Below are positions 38,561 to 52,235 of a DNA stretch of 64,000 nt, piece after piece. The notes below the pieces were generated by a model. That model did not search any database and had not been told where the DNA came from. It worked only from the letters and a program-made list of their open reading frames with translations. The stretch is from the NCBI RefSeq assembly GCF_001194135.2, contig NC_068988.1, positions 42,310,654 to 42,374,653 on the forward strand. Direction: 5' to 3'. Every line of letters starts with the position of its first letter. Position 1 is the first letter of the stretch. The translations under genes and the position numbers were made by a program. The stretch is from Octopus bimaculoides (Eukaryota).

Positions 38561-39167
38561 CAATCACTCTATCTTGTTGCATGGCTATACGACATGGCCA
38601 GTGAGATCAATGCAATTTAATTTTGATAGGCTTCAATTTAAATCACTTTAAAACAAGGTGTTTGTATCATGGGACCAGAAAAGATCTTAGGTGGGTTGAT
38701 ATCAAAAGGGTCAAAGATTGATTTGAGTATGTGTGTATTTTGTTGGTAGTGATTACACGTTGGTGTTTGTATTTCTTTTTATTTAGTTTTATGCTGATCG
38801 TGATCTTTTCTTTTGAATTTGTCTCTTAGAAAATGTATTTGTAATGGTGTTTGGGAGTGTCTCATTCTACATAGTATTTCATGGTTGGGTGACTTTTGCT
38901 ATTTTAGATTGCTCAAGAGTTTAAAGGCTTGTTTATTGGAGGAGAGAATGCGTTATTTTCAAAACTAATTAAAAATATTTATTTCATTGGAGAATTTGGG
39001 AGTGTCTATATTGGTATGGGTGACCAATTGTGGGTAGTATTGCTAATATCTATTTTTGAATTTTGTTTTGGTAAAAATTGATATAAACTAAAAATAGCTA
39101 GATTAGTTTGTGTGTTTTGACCAAGGCTTGTTTTTGCCTTTCTATATGGTATACTGTGTTTAATTTG

Positions 39168-39206
<39 letters not shown>

Positions 39207-39932
39207 TTATGTATATGGAAACTTAATGGATTTTCATTGGTTTCATTAATGGGTATCCAGTTGTCTGATCAACTGAACTGCCTACTTTCTGAATTAGCAT
39301 TGTATGTGACTGTGTATTCCACAGATGTGTACCTGTAATGTAATTCTCAGGTGGAATCAGCATGATGCTGTAACTTAAATTACAGATGCAGTTCATCTGA
39401 CAGGATTCTGCATAGTTTCCATCCACTCCATTTCACTTATAAGGCTTCAGTTGACTCCAGACTGCTGAAATACAGTGGGTATACAGTGTTAATGTCTGCA
39501 TGTCAGTGTCTACAGGAAATTCCAGATTGTTGTTCCACCAAAGTAGTATTGGTTAGTGATTGGTACAAGAAGAGGAGAGACTAGTACACCTGGGCAGGGG
39601 CAGTAGCAGTTAGCTTATTCAAAAGAGTTGATATAATACTAGTAAGTAGTTGTAGAATAGGCAGTGTGTCTGTGTGCCAATCCATTGAAGGCATTTCATT
39701 GTGTATGTGGGCAAAATGTTCAATTTTGCTTGCATGAGTTAAATGGAATTTGTTGAGATAGATATTTTTATTGTCAGATGTGCTTCTTGTCACCACCCTT
39801 CACCTATTTCAAAGCAAGGTAATATTTCTCCATGGAAGACTGGAAACCAACAGCATTGATGGTGATGCTCATTCACAACCACCACATGGTGGTCAAGCCA
39901 AGAATACAGATTCACTTGTACATTCACATGTG

Positions 39933-39985
<53 letters not shown>

Positions 39986-41983
39986 GTCTTCTTTCAATTT
40001 CCATCTACCAAATGCATTCCCAAAGCTTTGATTGGCCTGGATCTATAATAAAGACAAGATGCGTAGCTGTGGGACTGAACCCAAGAACATATGGTTGAGA
40101 AGTATCCTGTTGTAATTAATCCCTTTCTCGTTACATCCTCAGTTCAGTTCTTGCAGATATTTTGTCCTTCTTGCATGGTAGATAAAAGGCAAGAAATAAT
40201 TACAAATTAATTGACCGTTCTTTACATCCAAAATGTGTCACCTTTACTCTCTTTGAAATCATTTTCATTGTGGTTCTGTAAGACAGAGTTGGCAGAGTTG
40301 TGGAGAAAATGGTTAAATGGTGAATAAAATGGTAAACTTATTGAATAAAATAGCTTGCACTCTTTATTAAACATTCTTTTAGGTTCTGAATTCAGATACT
40401 TTTTATCCTTCCAAAACTGGATAAAATAAGCCTCAAGTCTTATGTTGACTGACTTATCATCTACAGGGCAAACTAATCCATAATGCATTATGTCCAAAAT
40501 TTTTCCTGGGATGGCATAAATGGTAAATTGAATAGTTGTAAACATGGATTAGTGTATGGATCTTGAATCAATTCCTTGTTCTCATTGGCTTCTTCAATTA
40601 CCACTTAAAGAGGAAGGTAAAGGTGGAAAAGCTGCTTTACAGTAAATTTTACCAAACTTGTGTGAATGTGAAATTCATTGTGGCAGATTTTCTATAGCTG
40701 GATTCCCTTCCTGTCACCAAACCTTACCTTTTTTCAAGCCAGCTAATATTTTCCCATTGCTAGACATGTTTTTCACAGAAAACTAGAAACAAGCAACTTC
40801 GCTTGTATGATGATGATGATCACCTACAACCATCATGTTAGGTTTAGACTGTAAAGAAGCAGGTGAGGATCCTAGAGTGGTGATATTGGTGGTGGTGAGG
40901 GGCTACATAGGCTGACTGTAACCTTGGAGGTTATCTCTTTTTTTAATGCTGATTTCTCTTTTTGATGTGACTTCCTTCTGTTTTTGTATTTTGTTTTTTG
41001 TCACCCCAACATTTTGGGTCCACTGAAGAAACCATTTTTATTAAACCCTTTGATACCAACCCACCTGAGACTGCCCATGGTTCTATGATACAAGCCTTCT
41101 GCTTTAATGTGATCTAAATGAAAACCTCTCAAAATTTCATGTCAAATTTATGCGCCATATGTTGGTTTTATGATGGCAAAGTTATTTTATTAAATTTTTT
41201 TTTCTTTTAAAAATTAATTGAAACAAAAGTAAACAGAAATCTGGTTACAAAAATGTTGATGTCTTGCAGTAAGCAGGTAACACTGCTCTCGAACTAAATC
41301 ATTTGAGGTCTAATTTTACTTTGTATCCATCTGAGGGTTATTAAAATACTGTGTTCATTAAATAAGTATCAAAATTTCTGGTTGATTTCTGCTGCTCCTT
41401 AGTCAGAAAACCCTCATTCATTGGTGTTTCTTAGGTTTTTTAGTTGGACTGTCACCATAGCAACTCCACTTTATATATGTGTTTGTGCAAAAACAAAAGT
41501 GATCAAAGCAGTTCTGGAAGTGTGTAGCTTATCTCATAAAATGAACAAATGTTTGTGCACATGCATGCATGTATGTCTGTGGTGTATATGTATATATGTA
41601 CATCTATGTACGTGTGTGTATAATATATATATAAATATAAAATCTCCCCTGCCAGTTATATAGCATTAATTCTGAGATGTTTTATATCACCATTGATGCT
41701 ATGTCTGGGTAGACTGCCAAGTGTTTAGCAGTCATGTTTCTGTCCAGCTAGAAGCTATGAAATTTTTTCTTTTTCATCCTCTCCATATGACAACTTCCTT
41801 GGCAGTTAGCAGTTGATGGATGCACTCTTAAATTTGGCAAGAACTTCCTGGTTGAATATTTTGCAGCTGCATCCATCTATCTGCCTTGTGTAAAACTGTC
41901 ATTTTTGAGTGAGATGCATTAAATCACTGGCAGTCACAAACCACATTTCACTTGCAGATTGGCATGCAATAAAGGCAAATGTG

Positions 41984-42023
<40 letters not shown>

Positions 42024-43494
42024 TATACAAAGAGGAGAAAAAATATTCAATGCATCTAGTAGTTTTATTTACTGGTAGTAGTTTTATTTATCTGGTAGTA
42101 GTTTTATTTATCTGGTAATTCAGTCTGTTGGTACTACATGTTCCTGCTCTGTATGAACACACCAACAAGAAACTCAAAGAAGCAACTAAATGGATCATCT
42201 GCTTTCAGCAAATACATTTGTAATTAAAAAAAAACAAACTGTTTTTGCATTTTATTCATGACTGTATGGTTAAGAAGCTTGCTTTCCAACCATGTAGTTT
42301 CAGGTTCTATCCCACTGCACAAGTATTTTCTGCTATAGTCTTGAGCTGACCAAAGCCTTATAAGTGGATTTGGTAGACAGAAATTGAAAGAAGCCTGTCA
42401 TATATAGATATATATGAACAGGCACATCCATGGCTGTATGGTAAGAAATTTGTTTCTCAGCCATATGATCTTGGGTTCAGACCCTTGGTGTGGCACCTTT
42501 AGCTGGTGTTTTCTATAGCCCAGGCCAACAAAAGTTTTGTGTGTAGATTTATTGGATACTAAAAGAAGCCCATTTATGTATATATGTGTATGTATGCACA
42601 TGTTTTTGTGTGAGTGTGTGGAAGCACATGGTTTAGTAGTTAGGGTGTTGCACTAGTGATCATGTGATTGTGCTTTTGATTCTTGGACTGGGTGATGCAT
42701 TATGTTTTTGAGCAGAACACATCATTTCATGTTGCTCCAGTTCAGTGGAGTGGCAAAAGTGAGTAATCCCACAATGGACTAGCATTGTTAAGTGGACAAT
42801 GTACACATGACAAAATCTGGGAAGCTGTCATAACAAGCCTATGGCTCCTGAAGAACCTTTGGTTCTTGATTTGATATAAAGCCAGTATTATGTAACACTG
42901 CTTGTCAGTGCCACATTAAAAGCACTCAGCACACTGTAAAGTGGTTGACATTAGGAAGGCCATCCAGCTGCAGAAACCAAACCAAATCAGCATGGACCTT
43001 GTGCAGCTCACCAGCTCAGCTTTCCTCACACTGTCCAACCCATGCCAGCATGGAAAACAGACATTAAATGATGATGGTGTGTGTGCATCTGTTTATGTAG
43101 TGTATTTGTTGTAAATGAGTGTCACTGTTTTACAAGCAGTGTCCTTCATTTCCAATCTTTTATGGAAACCTTAGGGAAAAATGACTAGAGTTGGTGACAG
43201 GAAGAGCATCTGGTTGTAAAAGATCTTCCTCAGCAAATTCTGCTTGACTCATGTGAGTATGGAAAAGTGGACGTCAAAAACGATGGTGAAAATGTTTTGT
43301 GGAAAGGCTGCTCATGTTCCAGCTGTCAATCATGTTATTGTTGTTTAACCCTAGGTCAACCTTAATTGAGCAGACCTTTAATCAAGGACATTAGTTGCAA
43401 CCATCCCATCTTTTTATGGCTATCTAGGACTACATTCTCTAATGTGTTTTCTCTGTATGAAAATAGGAAGTTACATCTTTCTTTACATTGAATA

Positions 43495-44333
43495 AACATG
43501 TTGGATCTTTCTGATTTGGCAGACACCATTTATTTTCTAACGAAACACTTTCAAACTTGGGACACTGGTAGAATGTGTCATATAAAACATCTTTTACTCT
43601 TAGTGTTGTTGAGAAAAGTTTATATTTTTAAAGTTATTTCGTGTTAAAGTTGTCGTATTTCGGTAATTTCAACCAATCACTGTCATCTGTTGAGGTGAAA
43701 ACAATTACTGCTGTGGTTTGTCAACAAGATATTGTGGCGGTGTAATGGGATCTTTTCCCTTGAATAAAATTAGTGTCGTTGTTTGTCAGCAACAACTATC
43801 GGTGGTACTGTTATTTATGACATCATTCGTGCGTTTGTACTGGTTTTTAGGGTTAGGGTTATGAGTATTTTTGCCAAATTTGGTGAAAACTTTATTGCGG
43901 TGTATTGAACAGATTTTCACCAAATTTGGCAAAAAAATACTCATTACCCTAAAACCCGAACCCTAACCCTAAAACCCTAAAGCTGAAACCAGTACAAACG
44001 CACAAACGATGTCATAAATAACTACTGCTGATAGCTGTTGTTGACAAACAACGGCATTAATTTTATTCAAGGGAAAAGATTCCATTACACTGCCACGTCT
44101 TGTTGACAAACCACAGCAGTAATTGTTTTCACATCAATAGACATCAGTGATTGGTTGAAATTACCGAAATATGACAATTTTTAACATGAAATAACTTTGA
44201 ATATAAAAATTTTTCTCTGTTGTATGACAAAATATACAAGTATATGAAGTTTTAAAGTGTTTTGGTAGAAAACACACTAAATAAAAACTGAATAAAAAAT
44301 GGTGTCTGCCAAATCAGAAAGATCCAATATGTT
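43495..44333. mobile_element. Fold-back/palindromic element, 839 bp, with TTAGGG-type repeats
   Basis: Arms 43495-43889 and 43914-44333 are reverse complements (e.g. TTGGATCTTTCTGATTTGGCAGACACCATTT / AAATGGTGTCTGCCAAATCAGAAAGATCCAA). Loop about 24 nt; TA on both flanks. Confidence 0.88.
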
Positions 44334-44660
44334 TAGACTTGATGTGGAAGTGAGCCGTATGCTTGCATCAGCTTCAGATGCCAAGCAGAGTTAAGTACTC
44401 TGCTGGGTGTGAACACAATGACTGTTGTGATGATGTGGCCAGTAGTATGTGTCAGCTAGGATGACACATCTATGTGTGTGAGTAACTTGCAGATGTGAAA
44501 AGCTTGCTTCCAACCATGTGGATTTGGGCTCAGTATCAATGTGCTGCATTGTGAACAAGTGTTTTTTGTAACCCTAGGCTGAGCTAAGGCTTAAGAGTAG
44601 ATGTGGTTTAAGGAAACTGAAAGAAGCATGTTGTGTGTATGTATATCTTTTATATATATA

Positions 44661-44694
<34 letters not shown>

Positions 44695-44859
44695 AAAACA
44701 AAACATTCAAACACTAAGGTTTGAAATAAGATGTTACTATTAATATCATCTGAAGATAAAATTTAAAATTGATGGTATCAACAGTAGTAACATAAGTGGT
44801 TCACAGACAAACAGCATTATTAAGCTATAATATACAAATTAGCATGCAGCATAAGGATG

Positions 44860-45293
44860 CAGAAAAGTCCATTATCATTGATGAAGATTTGGGTGTGAGA
44901 CACACGTCTGCCAAGTTTGTGCCAAAGCTGCTTTTGGCTAACAATGCACTTGCCCATTCAGCACAGCTTGTGCAATAGTTTTTGGCTAAGCACAGCATTC
45001 CCCAGGTCCGACAGCCACCATATTCCCCCTTGTGACTTTTCCCTCTTTCCAAAAGTCAAATCTCACTTGAAAGGAAGATTTCAGGAAGTTGAGGAAATCA
45101 AAGTAAATGCAACAAGGCAGCTGTTGATTATCCCTGAAAACGAGTTGCAGGAATGCTTCCACCAATGGAAGCCACTGGATTAAGTGTGTGGCTTCCGAAG
45201 GGGACTACTTTGAAGGAGATTAAATGCCAAATTGGTATGTGTTGTAGTTTTGTTTTTATAGCTCCAGTCCGGATACTTATTGATCAGACCTCG
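44860..45293 (+). mobile_element. Mariner (DD34D-type) internally deleted fragment with 3' TIR
   Basis: EDLGVRHTSAKFVPKLL fused to NNALAH...QPPYSP/PCDFSLFPKVKSHLKGRF...EGDYFEGD*, ending in CCGGATACTTATTGATCAGACCTCG. Confidence 0.85.
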
Positions 45294-45589
45294 TGTATAC
45301 ATATATATATATCTGTGTGTGTCCTTGTATCATCATCATCATATAAGTGATATTTTTCGTTTCCAGTCTTCCATGAAAAAGAAAAAAAACTTGTCCGGCC
45401 ATGAGAAATATTATTTTGTTTGAAAACAGGTGAAGGTTTACAACAGGAAAGGCATCCAACCATAGCAAAATTTACCTCAGTAAATTCTGTTTGATCCATG
45501 CAAGCATGGATAAGTGGATGTTAAATGATGATGATATATATAGTTTTGTTTTTATAGCTCCAGTCCGGATACTTAATGATCAGACCTCA

Positions 45590-45634
<45 letters not shown>

Positions 45635-45834
45635 ACACACACACATATATATCTGTATATAATATATTTTTCACATCCCATTTTCCATGTTGGCATGGGT
45701 TGGATGTTTAGACAGAATCTAATGGGTAAGAGGACCAAGTTTTGGTCTAATGTCTGTTTTGGTATGGTTATTATGGCCGAACAGCTCTCTTTACACCAAC
45801 CACTTTACAGAGTGTGTATACGTATGTGTGTATG

Positions 45835-45878
<44 letters not shown>

Positions 45879-46382
45879 TTATTACTGTTTAACATTTTTT
45901 TTACATGCTTGCTCGAGTGCAACGGTTATTTGTGTTGGTTGGATGCTTTTGTCCTCCAGCTCACCACTCAACCACAAAGGCAAGAATGGAATTTACTTTC
46001 GCTCAGTCAAGGAAATACTTGCTAGCAGAGTTATGTACCTTGTTCACATAAGATGGGCAAATATACCAAGATGTGGACCATCTGGTGTTGTCTTGCTCCT
46101 TAAACATACTCTCATTGTGCCTTGTTTCACAAACTATATACCTTAAACACAGTCATGGTGACAGCTATGCTCACTTACGCAAACACTTTGACTCTTCATC
46201 TTTCATTCATACAAAGCACTCTCTCACTTACTCTCTCTTTCTTGCGTATATAAATATACACTCCCTCTTCCCTATCTCATCTATACATATTTCCTCTATT
46301 CTCACTAACCCCCCTCTCAGCTCTCATATACATAATTCCTCATACGCACAGCTGCTTGTATATGCATGTATACACCTGCTTG

Positions 46383-46420
<38 letters not shown>

Positions 46421-46840
46421 TCCTATTCAATGTCTCTCTCTCTCTCTCTCCTTTTACTCAAACACTCTCTCTCCTTTATCTTTATATTTTCTTTTCCTGA
46501 CACACCTATAAACATTTAACATCTATGGGCACTTGTGCTCTTCCTCTCCTGCACTCTCTGAGTCCCTTACTCACTCTCACTCTGTGCACTCTCTCTTGCA
46601 GATACATGCACTCTCACACATATGTACCTGCATGCATATATGCATGCAATACATGTGAGCGGTTTCTCATATATATGCATACTCTGCTTACATTTTCACT
46701 TATAATCTCTCTCTCTCTCTCATCCTTCAATAACTTCTACATCTAGTCATGACAACAAGCTGCCAGACAAACAGTTGTTCTAACATAGATTCTGTCTTTC
46801 ACACTTTCATTCATTTTCTCTCTCTCTCTCTCACACACAG

Positions 46841-46887
<47 letters not shown>

Positions 46888-47039
46888 TCGTGACACGACA
46901 GTTGGCTACCACAAACAGTTTATTCCTCCTCAAGTTTTTCCGCTCTTCCTTTTCCTTATGCAACCACAGCTTTTACAGCACTTTTATTGAATCTCTTCAC
47001 TGTCCATATTTGATAACTCACACACAAACACATCACTGG

Positions 47040-47780
47040 CACTACTGCTTACATAACCACCACCACCACTATGATCATCATTGCCGTCATCACTATCATT
47101 GATGCTACCACTTCCATCCCCACTATCATCATCACCATCATCGCTATTGTCAATTATNNNNNNNNNNTGCTTACATAACCACCACCACCACTATGATCAT
47201 CATTGCCGTCATCACTATCATTGATGCTACCACTTCCATCCCCACTATCATCATCACCATCATCGCTATTGTCAATTATCACCATCATCACTTATTGCCA
47301 TCATCTTTTATCACCACCATCTCTTATCACCACCATCTCTTATCACCACCATCTCTTATCACCACCATCTCTTATCACCACCATCTCTTATCACTGTCAT
47401 CTCTTATCATTGCCATCATCACTTATCGTCTCTGTCATCACTTATCGTCTCTGTCATCACTTATCGTCTCTGTCATCACTTATCATCGCCGTCATCGCTT
47501 ATCATCGCCATCATCACTTATCATCGCCATCATCGCTTATCATAGCCATCATTGCTTATCATTGTCATCTTTGCTTATCATCATCGTCATTGCTTATCAT
47601 TGTTGTCATCACTTATCTCTGTAATCATTTCTTGCCATCATTGTCATCACCAGCCTCAACTATCACCACCAGCAATGCAGTCACCACTCTACCTCTGCCC
47701 CTCAACCATCACCACTTCCCCACTCATCATCATCGTTAACCATCACCACAACTACCACCACTTCCATCATCATCATCACT
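47040..47780. repeat. CAT/CAC-rich low-complexity tract with 16-bp (ATCACCACCATCTCTT) and 19-bp sub-arrays
   Basis: Direct reading; explains the His/Ile/Ser-rich spurious ORFs here. Confidence 0.9.
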
Positions 47781-48292
47781 AACCCCATTAGTGAACACAT
47801 GATTTTTAAAAAGGTGGGAGGATGGGCTTCATATGAGTTTCTGTAGGAGGGTGAGGGATTCTTATTCTTTTCCTTATTCTGTAACTCTGAAAGCTGTCTA
47901 CATATCCTTGAAGATATTTTTGCTAGTGGAGTGGGTATAGATGAGTGATTCAGCAGTCTTACGTTAGGACTGTTTCTTATAAAGCCTACTGATTGTCCCC
48001 TTTACTTTTCAAGTCTGTTGATGGTTTCCAGCTGTTGATGGTTTACACTGGTTGGTTTACAGCTGTTGTTTGCAATATCAAATCTTGTGCTGTTCTGTTC
48101 ATTGCTCATCTATTACAGTGTCTATGTGTTAGTTTATTACAATGTGTAGTTAACAAACACTTATTTGTTCATTGCTTATGTTATTTGCTACACAGCTGCT
48201 GCTTGTTTACTGTTAGTGTCTGTACTACAGTTGTGTTTGGTTCATTTTGCACTGTCTAATGCATTGTCATTAGTGCTTCATTGTGATTAGTT

Positions 48293-48727
48293 TACAGCTG
48301 ACATTGGTTCACCATGTCCAGTCCACACCTGACATTGTTCACTGTGCCCAGCCTACAACTAACATTGTTCACTGTGCCCAGCCTACAGCTGACATTGTTA
48401 ACTGTGTCCAGCCTACAGCTGACATTTGTTAACTGTGTCCAGCCTACAGCTGACATTGTTCACTGTGTCTAGCCTACAGCTGACATTGTTCACTGTGTCC
48501 AGTCTGCAGCTGACATTGTTCACTGTGTCCAGCCTACAGCTGACATTGTTCACTGTGTCCAGCCTACAGCTGACATTGTTCACTGTGTCCAGCCTATAGT
48601 TGATATTGTTCACTGTGTCCACCCTATAGTTGACATTGTTCACTGTGTCCAGCTATAGTTGACATTGTCCACTGTGTCCAGTCTACAGCTGATATTATCC
48701 ACTGTATTCAGCCTATAGCTAACATTT
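48293..48727. repeat. 30-bp minisatellite, about 14 copies
   Basis: Unit CAGCCTACAGCTGACATTGTTCACTGTGTC; central copies nearly identical, edges decayed. Confidence 0.95.
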
Positions 48728-48784
48728 TCTTACTAGTCTAGTTTATAACCACAGAAATATAGTCAGTTACTAAATAGTACATAT

Positions 48785-49495
48785 GAGGCATTTAGTAACA
48801 GTGTCGCAAGCGCCACCCCAACCATTTTCGAGGTTAGTATATCATTTTCGTTGTCTCGATGTCTAGAATTCAAAAAAGATGAACGGAGAAGACCCGGTGA
48901 GGCTTGCAATAAGGTTGAAAATCCGGCTGAAAAATATTGTACCTTGATGCTATTGATATGATGCTCACTCGCTCAGTTCAATCCAGAGACTTTAGGAATA
49001 CACCATCGTAAGCACACACAATCAATAACTTTGGTGTGGTCCCTGTATTATTTTTCGAGGTGTAATGGCTCATTTTCTAATATTCTTCGTTACCATCATA
49101 ACAATAACAGGCTATTATCTTACTATCTTGTCTTACTTACCTCTTAAAGATACTCGGTATATTAAAACACAAACAATACCATTGGTGGGGTCTCTATGTT
49201 TTTGCTCAGTATTATGGCTAAAATATGTAATGCGATACATCGTTTCGTAATACCGGTATATTCTACAAAATGAGAACGACACAGTCATTGTTTTAATTTT
49301 TCAGATGCATATTTAAATAATTTTACATAGGTGGAATGATTAGAGGAGATCTTCATGGCCATTTTAAAACCAAAACCAGCTTCCTAACTTCATTCCTTTC
49401 CGAGATATTACATTCTGAAAGTTGCAAAAACTTTGACTGCATTTTTCTTGGTTTTTAAGTTGTGGTGCTCATGGTGGTCTGTTACTAAATGCCTC
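48785..49495. mobile_element. Non-autonomous DNA transposon, Sola-like, 711 bp
   Basis: Perfect 17-bp TIR GAGGCATTTAGTAACAG (imperfect to about 38 bp), GAG...CTC termini, 4-bp ATAT on both flanks. Superfamily assignment rests on termini and TSD only. Confidence 0.8.
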
Positions 49496-50539
49496 ATATG
49501 ATGCAAGGATACAAGTAAAGGTGATGGTGCTGTGAACACAGCTGCATTCTGCTTAAGGTTTAATTTACTTGATCTGTTCACTTACTGCCATCATTTTGAC
49601 AAAGATAAGATTCTGTTCTATTTATATCTTATGTATTTCTATCTGTATTGTTTCTCAAGGCTCCTTATGAGTCCACTGGTCAAGGTTCAACTGTTATCAT
49701 CACGTGGTGGTAGTGATGGCAGTACCTTATCAACTGGACTTTGTTAAAAGTCACACTTGGTGCCTACTACTTATTAGGTTTAACCTGGATTCCCCAAACT
49801 TTTGCTTGGGTATATTTGTGTGTGTGTGTGTGGGGGGGTGTATTTTTTATGCATGTGGACACGTGTGTTTGTGTGGACATGCTTGTGTGTATGTGGTTTT
49901 AGTCTGTACTGTTGATATTAATTTGGAGATGTTTATACTTCATGGGTGTGTGTACTTCATGCCCTTGCTTGTTACGATGTCATGTATATGCAAATATTTG
50001 GAGACATTCATTCATACTCTGTGTGTATATTTTGAGTTGGATTTATTCATTTGGAAATCCATGAATGCTTATTTATTATGTATGCATGTTTGATGTTTGT
50101 GTTTAAAGTATCTGTTGATAAGTAAAACTGTTCATTTTCTGAATACATATACATAGGAGAGTAGTTTAATGTAGTGTGTTTGTTTGGAGTAGTGTGTTAA
50201 ATAAGATATTGTTGAATGACATTAGACATAAGTAGCAATTTAGATCAGATAAAGCACAACAAGCTCACTGTTGTTTTTTTTATCTCTATCAAATAGCTAC
50301 TTATGATGTCTGATATTCTGTGTATTTATGGCACCAAATTGGCTGTGTTGCCAGATTGTCAAATAGATTACCTTGTAGTATATATATTCCAACTCTCTAC
50401 ATTCTTTGTTCAAATAGCACTGATGTTAATTTTGCCTTCTTTCATCCTTTCTGGATCGATAAATAAAATACTAGTCCTCTACTGAAGTCAGTTCTCCTCT
50501 TTGTGTCTGTTTCTCTGTAAGAAATCAACTATGTTCAGA

Positions 50540-51390
50540 CCTGGAGAGGGATGAGCTCCACAAGATTTCAAATTGCCCATGATGTGTTGTATATCATTAT
50601 AACATCTATAGCTCCATCAAGAACTGCGAGTCCAAGATAATTGTGTTCATTTATGCTTTGCCTGTCCAAAGCATTTTCATAAGTTTCTTCTGAATGTCCA
50701 TGCTTGTTTTTAGACAGTTTCATACATTATTTTTAGTTTAGTTTCATACATTCTGAGTAGTATAAAACTTTCTTTTCATAAGTCCCAAGTTACTCTGGTG
50801 TTGAAGAAAATTGGGGATGTTCCTCATTTGTGATGCTTGGATGCAAGGGAAATATGTCCTATGTATCATATGTGATTCACAGAACAGGCAAATTGTTAAT
50901 GTCTTAGCTGCTAACTTAGGAAAAATTTCAAGTTGATTTATTCTAGCAGGTAAATAAGTACCTGATTTCACTAGGGATTGTTGTAGATAGCCCCAAGTCA
51001 TGATCACAGGAAAAGTTGTTGATGAGAATTACCAACAAAATCAAAGCTGATAAATATGCACAGATGTTGCAAATTAAGTTTAATTACCAATAAATATCTA
51101 CTTGGATGACTCTTTACTCAACCAACAGAGGAAGGTGACCAGTCAAACTGATTATGTAAACAGAATTCTTCTTCGCCTATTTTTGTCAGAACCTTTGATA
51201 TGGAGTATCGAAATTTTAATCCCTTTCACACTTGTAAAATGTCAAGCAAACTTAAAAATTTGTCATTACCATTATTGTCAGTATGGACAGAACTTATGAA
51301 TCGTTTGCTGTGAAGGAGAAATTAAATATGTGCTACATTGTGATAAGTAGAAACTCCAAGCAATGTAAAATATGGCCCAGACCATGTTTA
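50540..51390 (-). mobile_element. Heavily degraded Penelope-like element
   Basis: NNGNDKFLSLLDI (LPFLD-like) followed by QFACS..*YIGHIS (GIY-YIG-like) across shifted frames. Confidence 0.5.
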
Positions 51391-52040
51391 CCAGCATGAA
51401 CGTCAGACTTCAAAAGCTAGTTAACCATTCAATGGTTTTGGTAAATTTATACAGAAAAAGTAAGCATTATACTGTCCAGCATGTATAAAAGTCAACTTCA
51501 TTATGCATATTTAAACCATTATTTTTTCTGTAAAAACCTATTCTGACATTAAATGAGTCAACTTCCGGTGCAAATGTTTGTTTTGTACATCTTTTTTCAA
51601 CAACAAAAATTTCAAAACAAATTCTGAAAACAATCTACTTATGTAATTTATGCACCCACTAAAGCTTATTTTTATTTTTGCAAAAAAAAAATGTGCATAA
51701 ATTACATGGGTTTTTATGGTACATTTAAGGCACACACACACACATATATATATACACACCACTATCCTGAAGAAATATGCAGGCTCATTCTATACTGTTG
51801 TTAGCATCCTGGTTATGAATGAAATTAACTCTGACCAGAAGTTAGTTTGAAATTATGCAATTATTTCAATAGATATATGTAGTTACCAAGAACCTTAGGT
51901 AAATTCTAGATTTCATCCAACCCTCCCTAACAATTTGTATATGTCTGAAACATATTTAGGTACAGAAAATGTTTTGTGTGTGAGTGTATGTATATATGTG
52001 CCAGTTTGGAAAACAGATATTAAATACATACACATACAGG

Positions 52041-52235
52041 AGGCGCAGGAGTGGCTGTGTGGTAAGTAGCTTGCTTACTAACCACATGGTTTTGGGTTCA
52101 GTCCCACTGCGTGGCACCTTGGGCAAGTGTCTTCTACTACAGCCTCGGGCCGACCAAAGCCTTGCGAGTGGATTTGGTAGACGGAAACTGAAAGAAGCCC
52201 ATCGTGTATGTGTATATATATATATATATATATAT
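52041..52235 (+). mobile_element. SINE type A 5' half ending in (TA)n/gap
   Basis: Near-identical to the reverse complement of 57240-57414. Confidence 0.9.

Noticed and set aside
39230-39780. Possible degraded LINE RT C-terminus on the minus strand
   Set aside because: Only scattered short motif resemblances; too weak to call by eye.
38620-41170. Two piggyBac-like MITE ends (38620-38712 and 41041-41170) as one composite element
   Set aside because: They face outward and their TTAA sites are degenerate; separate partial copies.
47046-47279. Identical 112-bp direct repeat (47046-47157 / 47168-47279)
   Set aside because: The copies flank a 10-N gap exactly; typical unmerged contig overlap, not biology.
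47193-47782. His/Ser/Ile-rich ORFs of 143-178 aa
   Set aside because: Translations of CAT/CAC simple repeats, open in several frames; no splice or domain support.
51040-51070. KADKY motif resembling BIG1 EADKYFLPF
   Set aside because: Following residues do not match, and it lies on the opposite strand of a Penelope remnant.
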